From Amphiscolops sp. MND2022 (Eukaryota): a stretch of 64,000 bases of DNA. The notes below the pieces were generated by a model. The model did not search any database. It was not told the origin of the DNA and saw only the letters and a list, made by a program, of their open reading frames with translations. Where the stretch lies: positions 57,104,001 to 57,168,000 of the forward strand of contig OZ076409.1 in NCBI GenBank assembly GCA_964187785.1. Reading direction: 5' to 3'. The position numbers and the translations under genes were made by a program. Shown here piece after piece: positions 51,343 through 64,000 of the stretch (position 1 is its first letter; every line of letters starts with the position of its first letter).

Positions 51343-52290
51343 CCTGTTGAAAACATTTCAAGAATCCTGGATTTTTCCACTGATATATCTCCATCAGCTC
51401 CAAGTATTCCTTCTACTTCTGAATCTTCAGTATCAAACACTACAAACTCTAGTAATGTAACTCCTACTACTCCTTCTAAAAAACCAAGATCATACGTTTC
51501 TGAAACAACATCTTCATCACTCCTTCATAGACCACCTATAACTGAAATACCTATAAACACTCATACTCAACAAACTCCTATTAACACTCCTATAGTACAC
51601 ATACCAAACCCTGAAAGTGCTGAACAATACGTAAATTACAAACATCCTACAGCTATCAAAACTGTTAGACTACAACCTCAGCTTAATCTTGTACAAATCC
51701 CTGATACTGAATATACAAAATTACCTTCACTGAAATTACCATCAGAACTTAGTACTACTCCTTCAAAACTTTATCCACCATTAAAACCTCTTCGAAAACC
51801 TTCTACATCACTCTCAAATCTTTTAGACAATACATCAGAATACACTCCATCACAAGATACAACAGGCTCACTTTTTGTACCACACCATAGATATAATCTT
51901 CTAGATCTTCCTTCACGAAGACTTAGTACAGACACTTCTACACTTAATCTATCTGCTCTTTCTAGCAATTCTACTTTAAGACTCCTACAACAACACGCAC
52001 AACCGTTGTCTTCTGAAACAAATTCTTCTGACTTTATACCTTCTCCATATTTTACATCTGGTTTTGACACCGCTTCTCTACTTTCCTCAGACGCTCAGAC
52101 TGCATTCCTTTCCGGAAATCTTTTCTCAGAAGTTATAATACCTACTCCTGTCCCCGCACATATTAGAATACCTGAATATTATACTGCAGATCAATCTAGA
52201 CCTCCAACTCCAAATTTTGCTGACTACCCACTTAGAGTCGATGAAATAACCAAAACTGTCCTGCTCATCACCAATTCGAAGTCAACCTAG
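51343..52290 (+). pseudogene. Ser/Thr/Pro-rich accessory ORF remnant between pol and env
   Basis: Stop-free frame of ~315 codons (PVENISRILDFSTDISPSAPS...); no ATG is retained. Confidence 0.5.
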
Positions 52291-54258
52291 TTAGTTGGCG
52301 ATTAGAAATTTCCGAAGTAGAACTTACTTATGATGACACATCTAATGACATGATAATAGATGGCCATACATTACCCTGCTAGTTTGCAGATGGTTTTTGT
52401 AAACCCACAACGAAAACCCCTTTTACTCTTGTTTGGTTCAATAATGACTATTGCCTAATTTTCACATTACAAGATTTCATTGGTCGTATGACTAAAATTG
52501 AAGATAGATATTGGATTGAAACAGACTCTCTTGTACATTCTCCACACTCAATAAAACCTAGAACAACTGCTGGTATCAAAGGTACAGAACATCCCTATGT
52601 TTATGCTCCTCATACACAACATCCAAATAACCCAAGTCTTTCAAGATTTGAAGTTTTTCCTACAGCACAAACCTTTTGAGGTAAACCAGACCCTCTTTAT
52701 TCAACACAATACTCAGACCTTTTTGTTACATACACTGAAGGTTTCAATATGCATACAGGACAACCCAATCCTCATTCTATGATTGATGAATATATTTCTG
52801 GTAAAATAGTATTGGACACTTCAAATAACAAATTTATATTCCCTGCATTAAATGTTTCAAACAATTTTGCTACCATTGACTATGATGCACATATAAACAC
52901 GAAAATAGATTACACTATTAAACATGTTTTTAGATCAATGACAGTACAAGAACTAAATACTCTGCATACCATATGCGAATTAGAACGAAATCAACTTCTT
53001 ACAATACTCGCAATGTCAGTACAAAATCCTCAACTTGCTGGTTTTCTTTCAACCGGTAATCGAAGTAATTTCTTATACGTTGAAGGCTCAACCGCCTGGC
53101 TTTATGACTGTCCTCATTTTTTATCTCCTTTATATAAAGCTGATAGATGCTTGGACCGTATACCTATACATTTTAAAGATACATTAAGGTACGTTGATCC
53201 CATTACAAGACAAACTTATGATTATGCTACACCAATCACATGTGATAATAATCCACGTAACATTATTGAACTGGATCCTGATTCAGAGGATCAAGAATTT
53301 TACATTCATGGACCTGAACCTATTAAACGCAAACCTCCACTAATGTTTACACCTTCACAAATTAAAACTACAATACGTCCTAACACTTTTACAGCTCAAG
53401 ATGCTGGTATATATTCTAATGCAGAACTCGACCAATTTGGGAATCGTATTTTAAATTTCCAAACATTCTGATTCTACACTTCAATTTCTAGGCAAATCTC
53501 TTAGCTATTCCTTCATTTCATCTAATACTCCTAATTATGATGCAGATTCCCCTCAAGATTCTGGTAATCCTTATAATACATTACGTATAGGACTACATGA
53601 CAAACTCTTGAATTTTACTCCTCTTTTTACGCCTATATGGTTTTCAGATGCTTTTATTGCACTTTTTGGATACCCTTGTTATATTCTCACACAATGTGGT
53701 ATATATTTTTCTACATTCCTTTTTGTACAAGCTACTCTTAAACTCATTGTCAAACTCTACAAAACAATATCAATTAAATATAATCTAAAAAATAATATTA
53801 CCATTTTCAGCTCCATAGCACATGGTTTTTTTAATGTTCTTACAACACGAATGGTTAATGACCTCAATGAGACTCAAAACAAAAAACCCAAAAATACACT
53901 TTTAAATTCCAAATCCTTAGATAATTTTATTGACACTTGAACAAATTTAATTAATCATTCTACCGATGTTACGTCCCCTCCACCTTTCAATACTAAACGT
54001 CCTAACAAAATTCAAATTCCTAATTTTAACTTGTTTCCGAAACGACACTACAATTCTCACCAAAAAACAGCTCCACTTCCTTTCTCTCCTGTTCAACATC
54101 CTCCACTTCCTAATTATACTCATAAAAACTTTCATCCCAATGACAATCTAACTACTCAACATGACACTTTAATTAACAATTCTGTCACCTCTACTACGGA
54201 TACACCAATTAGAATATATTCACGAATAAACTATCCTTTTCCTCCCGCATCTTCTTGA
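52245..54258 (+). pseudogene. env: Envelope-like class III fusion glycoprotein (chuvirus G / herpes gB-like), N-terminally truncated
   Basis: C.FADGFC...TLVW...C; ICELERNQLLTILAMSVQNPQLAG..EGSTAWLYDC..RCLDRIPI..YVDPITR..C pattern; C-terminal hydrophobic segment (FIALFGYPCYILTQCGIYFSTFLFV). Several stops and frameshifts. Confidence 0.72.
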
Positions 54259-54530
54259 ACACTCTCTCAGTTTTTTGCAAACTCTCTTCCAGCACACTTG
54301 CATACTACTTCTTTTCACAATTGCTACTCCTCCACCGCTCGAAACCCTTGCAGAAGTTCATCTTCCTCAATCCAATAACACCTCTCTCATCATAACAATT
54401 TTCAAAAACTCTTCACCTAAAATTGATAAATCCACTCGTTAGTTTCATTTAAAGTACTTTCACTTTAAAGTGATAACGCCTCTTGGAATAGATAACACTG
54501 TGACTGTTGATGTTTTTCTTTTAAAACACA

Positions 54531-55826
54531 ATGACACAAGCACAAATTGATCTACAAACACAGCTTGAACAAGCAACCCCAACAGATCTTATAACCAGAC
54601 CTCTTTCAAATGATTCTCCTGTTCTCTACATCGAGACTTCTGACCAAACACCTCCAACTTTTCTTGAACAAATGGAACACACAAAAATTGAACACGAAAA
54701 TTCAAAACCTACTCCTTCACAAGATGATAATGATCATACACAAACAACACCACCTCCTCCAAAAAAGCGATATGAAATTATGAAAGATCCAATCTTTCTT
54801 TCGTCACCAATATACCCTCCTTCAATACCTTCAAAAATTTCACTTTGCACGAATCGTGATGATCATTTGATCCCACTTCTTTCTAATGGCGATTTCGTCT
54901 TTAAAGCACAACTAACTTCTCTATATATGCATCCTACTGATTATTCATTCCGCTAATATGACAAAAATCAAGACTTCTTCACATCAATTGCCTCCAAAAT
55001 AATGGGTCCATACCAATATTGGCTCGATAATGGAGTTAAAATTTTCTCTCTACAATTCAATTTTCTCCGTCCTTCTATCTACGATCTCAAAACAGATGAA
55101 TCTGATCCATCTTTCCTTTCTATTTCACAAAAAGCTACTCATCATCAAACGTATACTAAATTTCTACAATACACCAAACCACAAAATCACATTTTCGTCA
55201 ATTACGAATATACATCACCGTTCACAATGACCAATATGTACACTCTTGACCACTCTTGTATAACAGGCTATCTTCGAAACTATGACCCTATAAAACAATA
55301 CTTCTGTTTGCTTCCGTACAATAATACTTCACGTCCACTTATTGTACCTCAAGAATACCTCATACATTACGATGACTTTTTGTTGCCTTGCAACATTCCT
55401 ACTCAAATTGTCAAACCTCTCACTGTTATTAAACACCTAGTATCCTCTCCACATGACGATAAAGATAGAACTTACTATACAGCACTCTACAAGCAAACGT
55501 ATTCCTACAATGAACTTCTCTTCATTTCTGCAAAGACTATTTCTTTTATGGTACAAGCTGAACAAAAAACAGAACATAAATCACACTCTTCACCTATAAA
55601 AAATGCTCCTGACAAACTTTCCTCTGTGCTGAATAGCCGAACACTTCGCGACATGACAAATTTACTTGAACCCTATAAACGAAACTCCTCTGAAACACCT
55701 ATCACACCACTCACACATATACTACACTGCTATGGCAGAACACACAAACTTCTTCAAACACTCGATTTAGATTCTCAACGATTCACTCAACCATCCCAAG
55801 CAATTCAATCTGCTTTGAAACTTTAA
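54531..55826 (+). pseudogene. Post-env accessory ORF of unknown function (one in-frame stop at 54954-54956)
   Basis: ORFs 54531-54956 and 55002-55826 share a frame with only one TAA between them; ~430 codons in total. Confidence 0.6.
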
Positions 55827-56283
55827 CTACTCTTTTTAACTCAACCAATCTTCATTAAACTCTTCTACAGGTAATACAAACTTCGTAATTTTTCTTCTCT
55901 GGTACACTCTATGATACATCTTTGACACAATATCAAAGGTATTTAGAATTTTACCTACTCAATCAAAGTAATATCTTGCTTTCTGAATGAAATCTCAGAA
56001 CTATCTTTAAAGTACATACTTCTTTCCTACAGTACATGTCAAAAATAACTATTTATGTCTAAAAACTACACATAAAACAATGATACAAGACATACAAGAC
56101 AGTATAGCACAAAACTATGTATGATACATTCTAGCACCTTTTTATATATAGTACTTCTCTTTTATTGTCGTTGTTCGATTTCTTACAATCCGTGTGTTTT
56201 AGAAACATCCATTCTTCTTCCTCCTCCTTCCATACTCTTTCAGAACATCTCCACTTCTTCTTCTTCTACAGCACACTCTCGTC

Positions 56284-56835
56284 ATGGCCCCCAACGCTGA
56301 AGTAGAAGATATAATCACTATGACTTCCAGTCAATCAAAAGTACACAGCCTCAAAGCCGCCATTTTTCATACAATGGCTTATAAACTCTCTCTTGAAATC
56401 AACAAGAATAAAATTACCCCCAAAACGATTATTGCTTTTCTAAAATTTCTCTACAATGTTGCCCAGATCAAGACGAAAAAAATTACTTTCCACCAGTACT
56501 CTCGCATTTATTTGGCTGGCCCAAAAATCGCAATTTGTGAGACTGCATCAAATGCTGTCTTCGTTTTGAATTCGGCGTTTACATCGAAAGATCAATATTT
56601 CCACACTGCCATACAAGAAGCAATCTTAGCCTTCAATAACGTTCTCAAAGATTTTGGGTACACCCAAGCCCTTGAATATTATGACTCTAATGTGCATCAA
56701 GCACATCCTCCGTCGCAATATCCTCTGTTTCAATATTCTACAAAAACTTCTACTCACTTTTATTTCACTCTTCAACTGCATTTCGTCTTCATTCCTTCAT
56801 CTTTCTTCGATGATGCACCGAAATGTGGTTGCTGA
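56284..56835 (+). CDS. Further accessory ORF of unknown function (183 aa) within element B
   Basis: ATG in good context (GTCATGG); globular-looking composition; inside the LTR boundaries. Confidence 0.5.
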   Translation: MAPNAEVEDIITMTSSQSKVHSLKAAIFHTMAYKLSLEINKNKITPKTIIAFLKFLYNVAQIKTKKITFHQYSRIYLAGPKIAICETASNAVFVLNSAFTSKDQYFHTAIQEAILAFNNVLKDFGYTQALEYYDSNVHQAHPPSQYPLFQYSTKTSTHFYFTLQLHFVFIPSSFFDDAPKCGC

Positions 56836-56984
56836 TCACTCCTCCAAAGAACTTCTCCTACACATGCTGACATTCTTCTTTACACCCCCACACGATGGTC
56901 AACATCATCCATCCACACTCTGGGTTCGCAGACGTTGCCAACATTCTTCTTGTCCTCGTCACTGGTCTTCTCAACCTGCCTCTC

Positions 56985-57078
56985 CACTGGTCTTCACACT
57001 CCAATGTCCGTCGACTTCTTCACTGGTCTTCACACTCCAATGTCCGTCGACTTCTTGACAGGTCTTCACACTCCAATG
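56985..57078 (+). repeat. 36-bp tandem repeat, ~2.6 copies
   Basis: CACTGGTCTTCACACTCCAATGTCCGTCGACTTCTT repeated. Confidence 0.85.
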
Positions 57079-58140
57079 GACTACACTCTTCTCCAAATAT
57101 CAAACAATGTGATTCAAATTGAGTCAATTTTCAAACTGAAGTATACAGTCAATTTTAACAAATATAACTTGTAGCTTATTGTAACCTATTTTAATCAAAT
57201 TATAACTCCAATACAGTGTAGTGCTATATACTCTTATATAAACTTAATCTTCTATAATCGTATTATAGTTACCCTCTGTTGCTAAATCCTTACAAAATTG
57301 TATCTATAATTATCTTTGTAACCGCAAAATATATCTTCCCAAATTATATCCCCATTGTCATGTGCATAATACATCTATTTAACAATTCTATAATCCCCAT
57401 CTTTTACAGAACACAAGTCCTGCTTACAGCACAATAAATTTTCTAAGATTGTTGACAAAAACTTTTTCTTTTACAAAACATGTTCTACAACTTTGTTTTA
57501 CTTCCCAAAAGCAATCCCCAAAAATTTTCAAAATTTTTCTTTTGAACTTTTCAAAACTGTAACGTTTCCTTTTTCAATGTTTGAAATCTGCAATTGACAG
57601 AGTTATTTTCTTTCTTGAACTTTTTGCTTCTGCTCTACTCTTCACTTTCGTTGAAAATGAACTCTCACTACAACCTTGACTTTTAGAAACTTCTTCACTT
57701 TTGGTTCACATACCCGCCAATGTTGGTTCACAACTCATTCACAACCTCACGCTTTAATTCTTCAACTTGAAAAGTTTTCAATGCTGACTAACTCATGTTG
57801 TTGAAAAAAATTTTTCAAACAAGCCGATGGCTGATACGAAAAGAAACATGAAATACTAAATAGTTGTCAACAATAACTTGACCGAAAACTGTCAGTCAAA
57901 GAAACTGAAAGAACTTGAACCTTTTTGCACCAATTGAATCGTCTATGACGTAAGAAGTCAAATCGTCTTAGGTTGTTCTCACTCCTTAAGTATGGTACAC
58001 TACAGAACGAAACTCATGCAACTCAAGTACAACACATATGAAACAAACCCATACATATAACATCTAAAACAAAAACGCTTAAAAACTCCTCAAACCCAAA
58101 GTGCATATATGTAATTTTAATTTTAAAATTCCCGGTTGAT

Positions 58141-58552
58141 TGTGATGCCATGATGCATGTCCTCAATGATTCTACAAATCTGAAATACTCTGAACTCTTA
58201 ACCAAAGTAATTAGTAAATGTAATCTCATTTGAAAGCTAATTATTCTTGAAGAAACTTCACTTAATATGTCCTGTAACAAGCTTCTTAAATTCATCCTGT
58301 TGCTGTCACATTGTTAATTGATGAAACCTACCCTGTTAATAGAATATATCTACTTGGAGAAATTGAGAATTCATCCTGACGATCAGTCTTCTCTCCAGCA
58401 CTTCAAGAACTGAGATCTCAGAAATAGATTGTACTTAGAACTAGCTAGCTACCAGGTATAAAGTAAGACGACTCCGCTGTTAAAATCTTAGACTTCTTAT
58501 GTCTGTGATCAAACATCTAAAAGAAACAACCACAACACTTTTTAACAACTCA
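58141..58552 (+). repeat. 3' LTR of element B (412 bp)
   Basis: Direct repeat of 39031-39443, followed by the TSD GTTG. Confidence 0.95.
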
Positions 58553-59670
58553 GTTGAAAAATAATTCAACACGTTCGTTTGATGCGGCTTACCTGTTAAT
58601 TTGCTCAAATATTGCTGCCCAATTGTCTATGTTAGCTAATCAATACCACGATTGTTCGCCAAAGCTATGAATGGGCCGTTAAATGTACAAAAATTGCTTA
58701 TAAGTAATTGCTTATTTTGAAACAAAATTTCAGGCAAACTTTCAATTTTTGCTTTCGGTATCAACTCAATGTCACTGGTTCCGTGACTTCTAATCTTTTT
58801 CTACTCGGCGCTTGTCTTTTAAAGAAAAGAGGCCGACTATTACAGCGACTAATTTTTTTGTCAGGCTCATTCTGGATGGTCCACTTTTTGTGCACTGTGC
58901 ACTATTACCATAAGTACCCAGTTCTTGATTTTGAAGGCATCCAAAGCCTCTAACATGAAATACAGAACCATTCCAAAGCAGAAGGTCCCCAGTTTTGCGG
59001 CATTATGAGACTGTTCCTCTTTTTCCTGCTTTGTGAGACTTTTTTTCAGAAACAAATTTTAATGTCTCTTAAGAGGCCTGAAACTTTACGTAATATCCGA
59101 AGTACTTTGCGTTTTACTAAGGAGGCGTCGGATTGAAAAAAAGCGCTCGCATTCTTCTCAAAACGCTATATCCGAACTTCTAAAGCGTGGTCCAATCACG
59201 AAAGGCACTTTTTTGGTGTTTGGAAACTTTTTCGTGAGTTTTCTCTCAAGTTTTTTCTCAAAAATTTTTTCCTCCTCGTTCTGAGTATAAAGTAAAAACT
59301 TCGCGTTTTTTGAGCTTCAGGTATAGCGCCGAAATGGGACGTTCCCGTTCTATTTTGTTTCCACTTAGAGTGTGTTCTGTGGACAAACGTTCAGTTTACT
59401 TTTTATGACGTAGAAAGTGCTTTTACATATGCTGTAATGTTCGTGTTTTGAGATCATTATACCGCCTCTTTTCAGTTTTCCAGTACCCATTCGACATAAT
59501 AAAACAATCGATGTATATTGGCCGATTTCTGTAAAAACGCAGCTTTTATTTCTTTACACAGTAGGGGTGTGCGGGTAAGGAAAAAATTAAACTCGGTCAA
59601 TGATCACTCAATGACTGCTTATTAATTGAAAAGTCGGTGAAAATCAATGAATTCAGAAAAGGTTGAAAAT

Positions 59671-60645
59671 TCATTGTTTCAAAAGATTTTCTTTGAGAAA
59701 AATTAACATTCTGAAGTTTGCTGGAGATATACTTTGCCTCCCACTGGAAATAATGTTACCTCCGTCACTCCATACTCTTTCACTGGGTACGGCTGTTCCG
59801 GGTATAGATAAGTACTCGAGAGCCAAGTTTGCGAGTGCCGGAAATTGAACCTGATTTTTTTTCCAAAACTGGAGCTCTTCTGTGCTAGAATCAGGTGGTT
59901 GTCTCAAATATCGATCCAGTTCGTCACTCGCTTTGTTTCTAAAATCGTTTTCCGATGTTTCTATACGCATTCTTTTTTGTCTAACCACTTGATTGACTGC
60001 ATCCCAAATCGATGAAAATGACTCGTTCGCAGCATTACTATTGTTCCTAGGGCTGACCTCACAAACTTCACCCTCGCCGATCATCAGTTTCAGAATCTCA
60101 TCTCGTATTGATGCAGATTGAGCATTGGTCAACAACACATCTTTGAATTTGAGAATCAATACCATGGATATGACATACAAATCTTTATCCATTAAATCAT
60201 TTGGAAATCTTTTCAAAAGCGAAATCTTTTGAAATCTTTTTGTAGCAAGACGCCGCCTGTAGATGTCCCCATCTTGTTCCAAAAATTCCAGAGACGTTCG
60301 TACTCCATATACAATAGGTATAATCTTTGAGAGAGATGCAAACTTTTCCCCAGAAGAAGCAGTTGTTGCCTCGAACAAAGGTTTCATAACCTTTACAAAT
60401 GTTGCTATTTGATCCCATTGCTGAGGGGACCTCATATATGGACACATAGTTTCCATCATTGAGATAACTAAAGGACCCTTGACACGTAAACGTCTTTCTT
60501 CTTTCAAAAAATCCGAATTCCATCTCGTTGGAACCGATTGGATTAAATCAAGTTCGTCATTGCCCAGTTCTGATTGATTTGATCGTAGATTGTCAGCTGC
60601 TTTGTGCGAGCGCTTGTAAAATGCGACGATGTTACTTCCAATCTT
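59671..60645 (-). pseudogene. C-terminal half of an Ac/ZBED-like hAT transposase
   Basis: LIQSVPTRWNS (frameshifted near 60510) and hAT dimerisation motif FPALANLALEYLSIPGTAVPSERVWS. A TAGGGGTG hAT-like terminus sits at 59562. Confidence 0.88.
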
Positions 60646-60959
60646 GTTACAGTCTGTACCTTGATTTTTTAACGTAATTTTTTAACAGCCTCTAATTGTT
60701 CTTCTAATGCTGTAGGTATATTTTGAGACTGTAAAAGTTTCATATTTGTTTTCGAAAATCTAGACTGTTAGTGTAATTTTATTATATTGCCTGTGGACAT
60801 TTTCCACGTTTTTAGGACAGCAGTTCAATGAACCGCCGATTCGCTGCCTTTGATTGAGAAATATTGTTGAACTTTCGCGAAACTGGTTTTCTCAAAAAGG
60901 AAGTTGCGCTTTTGATTGAAACGGACATACTTTAATACGAAGAGGAATGAATATGAGCA

Positions 60960-61530
60960 GAAAATATTTACAGCGTGATTTTCAGTTTAAAAAATAGGCC
61001 CCTCCGGGGCTCAGTACTATTTCTGCTTTAATCTTTATTTTTTTAAAACAAAAAATCATTAATAAAAGAATCATATCTGGAATACCAATACACTCCTGTT
61101 TAATCATTACTTAGAGCACAATTAATCACTGTACAAGTTTACACCGCCTTTAATTCTTCTCGGACTAAAGAAAATATAACTAAGCGTAGACGAAGTTTCG
61201 CATTCGCATTTGAATGCAGGCGAAGCTCTCAACGAACGAATAATTAACACTCATTCGCTTCATCTCAATGACGTCAGCATACGAATGGATAATTACCACT
61301 CGCTCGTTCTATCGCACTAGAATTGAATTGTTGTCGGCAGCTTTCCCACGCTTACACTCACTGCCGAACAAAATATCTGAATTATTCAGTAGGACGAAAT
61401 TTGACGACTGAAAAAAAAAAGGACCAACTTTGAGGTTACAATAACATTCCTGCTAAAGCAGAAATATTAAAAATGCAATTCGAGGCGACGTTGTGTCATT
61501 CAAAAATCGGCCTTCGGGGCTCAGTAAACT
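60960..61530. repeat. Dispersed ~550-bp repeat; second copy at ~62495-63080
   Basis: Shared CACTCCTGTTTAATCATTA, AGTTTACACCGCCTTTAATTCTTCT and TTCGCATTTGAATGCAGGCGAAGCTCTC blocks. Confidence 0.8.
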
Positions 61531-62138
61531 TGCAAACTCAAAAATTGAGCGTAGCAAAACCAAGTTAAGAAACTAGGTGCGTCGCCGGAGGGGACTGTGC
61601 GGGGCTTGGGCCTGAAGGAATGTCAAACTTGGTTCAAAATTTGGATAAAAGAACAGAACTTTCGACTTAAATAATGAATACTAGTAATTGATACTGATAT
61701 TTCGCATTCACTTCTTTGAAGAATGTCCACAAATACACACGGAGAACTTTAAATAATAGTCGTAAATCAATAATCATTAATCAAGGGCGACAATTGATCG
61801 GTTTTGAAAATGATTTCTGTTACGAGAAATTTCATGTATGACATACAATGGTTTTGAAAATGTAGTCAATTAGTGACTCAGGTGTTATATTGTCAATATC
61901 GTACCTATACCAGCCCTTCCGCTATGGCTGAGATCGAAGTTCAAATTGAAGCCGTCCAAAAAAGATATGAAAATTTTTTGCTTAAAAGCATTTTCAATAT
62001 TGCAAGTGAAAGAAACTGAGGTTTTTTTAGGACAGTAAGCGATACTTATTAGCTGTCTTCACTCAAAAATCATTGTCAATTGCACTCTGAGCTGAGGCTC
62101 TATTTGGTTTACATCATGACTTTCTTTGGAATTCAAAC

Positions 62139-63368
62139 TAGGGGTGTAACGGGCATCAAATACAGAAATATGTCCGATCCGGTATCCGACTGGACTTTTG
62201 ATGGAATCCACTGGACAAATATCTTAGCAAATGAATTGAAACAAACAAAGCTTGATTTGATGAATCGAAGACATCGTCAAAATATTTAGTGTAAAAATTT
62301 GTTCAATCAACATGAGACAATCTTCGATTAACCTTCATTTGGAAGGAAACATCTGGAGCTATTCTAAGAAAACCGATCTTTTATTTCGTCACAAAAAATG
62401 ACGTTTTTGCTACTTTCGATATAATTTCCTTCCTATGAACACTTCAGTCAAAAATGAATCGAAATATAGTTAGCGTATATAGTTATTAGAGAACACCGCC
62501 AAAAAATTGCGATTTAAAAAAAGCCCCTGCGGAGCACAGTATTGTTTCTGCTTTTTGGACTTTCATGTTCATTAATAGAAGGGTATCTCGAATAACTAAA
62601 CACTCCTGTTTAATCATTATATAACGCACAATTAATCACTCTACCAGTTTACACCGCCTTTAATTCTTCTGGGACTACAACTAAAAATATAACTACCAAG
62701 CGTAGACGAAGTTTCTTTTCGCATTTGAATGCAGGCGAAGCTCTCGGCGAACGAATAATTTAACACTCGTTCGCTTCATTTCAATAACTTCGCTCCATCT
62801 CAAAATGTCGGCGTACGAAAGCATAATTACGAACATTTGCTCGCTTCATCTCAATGATTTCGGCGCACGAATGCATAATTACCACTCGCTCGTCCCATCG
62901 CACGAGAAACGAATTGTCGTCGGCAGCTTGAGAAATTTAAATTCACGCTTATACTCACAGCCGAACAAAATATGTGAACCTTTCAGTAGGTACTCGAATG
63001 GCGTACGCAAAGTTAACTGAAAAAAAGTTGCAAAGTTCAGATTTCAATAATATACCTGCTATCGCAGAAATAAAAAATGAAAAAAGCTTTCCGATTTTGA
63101 CACACATGTATTCATTGCCATTATTGAACCATCATTTCTCGATAAGTAGAAAATTTTTGGCATTTTGATGTTGAAGAAAAAATGCAATAAAGTCTCCTTG
63201 TTTTGGAGCAAAACTTTACTTGGCTTTTCATCATACACACAGCCTAATTCTTGATAGTCTCTCATCGCTTATTATTTAGGATCATGTCGGACAGGCCACT
63301 ATCCGGCTTCAATCCGTTATTTCCGGTTGTTCGTCCAGACGGAAATTTTCCTGTCTTGTGCACCTCTA
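62139..63368. mobile_element. Non-autonomous hAT-like element with a nested repeat
   Basis: Termini TAGGGGTG... / ...CACCTCTA; 8-bp TSD ATTCAAAC / GTTCAAAC; subterminal ATCCGG-type repeats at both ends. Confidence 0.65.
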
Positions 63369-64000
63369 GTTCAAACGTGTAGGTGCTAGTTTTAAAGTAA
63401 CATCTTCTTTGATTTTGATAACGTAGTTCATGTGAATGTCCTGTACGTTTTTGAAGAAAACATTTTAATCATTTCTCAAAATCCAATCACCACATTTTCA
63501 TCCAAATCATTCAAAATTTGCTGGAGTCGAATGTGTTTGTTTGTTGCACATTGACAAGGTACTTGCTTAGATAGTTTGAACTTGCTCAAAACTCAACTAT
63601 GACGAGTTGAGCGAGATTCGAAGCTTATTTTGCACAAACACAGGTCTGACTTTTTAATCAGTACATCATGATCCATAAAAACTTTTGAAACCTTTTGACT
63701 CTTTTATTTTTGAAAAACTAAACTAATCCTCCAGAAAAACTTGTAAGTTGGTAACTGTTTCGTGTTCGATTTTGGTTTAGTCATAATACAAGAACATCAG
63801 AAGCTGAACAAGAAGTGCGAAATACGAAAAATAAAAATTTAGCACAATTTCCCTCATTTCACGCTTTTTTGAAGAGAAACGAACTGTTTCACTGAAAAGT
63901 TGTAAGGTAGCCAGTTTTTGTTGAATTTTGTTGATTTTCATACCCACAAAAACATGCAAATCTTTAAAAAAATTACCAAAAATTTCGTCGCCGTTCGCCA

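Larger units (their letters stand above)
39031..58552 (+). mobile_element. Element B: 19.5-kb env-bearing Gypsy-type/retrovirus-like LTR element, decayed
   Basis: LTRs 39031-39443 and 58141-58552 (TGTGATG...CTCA); 4-bp TSD GTTG (39027-39030, 58553-58556); PBS; PR-RT-RH-IN order; env-like ORF. Confidence 0.95.

Noticed and set aside
59562..63368. Single hAT element spanning the transposase remnant to 63368
   Set aside because: Flanks of 59562 and 63368 do not form a TSD, whereas 62139 and 63368 do (7 of 8 match).

Overview
Transposon-dense eukaryotic (animal-like, AT-rich) DNA. I found no convincing host gene, rRNA, tRNA or CRISPR array. Two complete giant Ty3/Gypsy-type LTR retroelements dominate the window. 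Element A (9884-26449, minus strand) has ~2.49 kb near-identical LTRs and a 5-bp TSD (ACATC). Its gag starts inside the LTR, and a -1 frameshift leads into pol. It also carries a sense-strand acidic ORF with SIM-like motifs that runs into the 3' LTR. Most strikingly, it carries an antisense 8-exon GT-AG spliced gene (~1100 aa, 13541-17701, + strand) whose product looks like a catalytically dead hAT-type DNA transposase with an N-terminal C2H2/BED-like finger. Element B (39031-58552, plus strand) has 413-bp LTRs and a 4-bp TSD (GTTG). It is a decayed, retrovirus-like element with small hydrophobic leader ORFs, gag-pol with a 2.48-kb internal tandem duplication, a class III (chuvirus/herpes gB-like) envelope remnant and several extra ORFs. 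The rest is an LTR-element 3' end, a Gypsy relic, Mutator-like MITEs, hAT remnants and degenerate repeats. All family assignments come from reading motifs by eye; no database searches were run.
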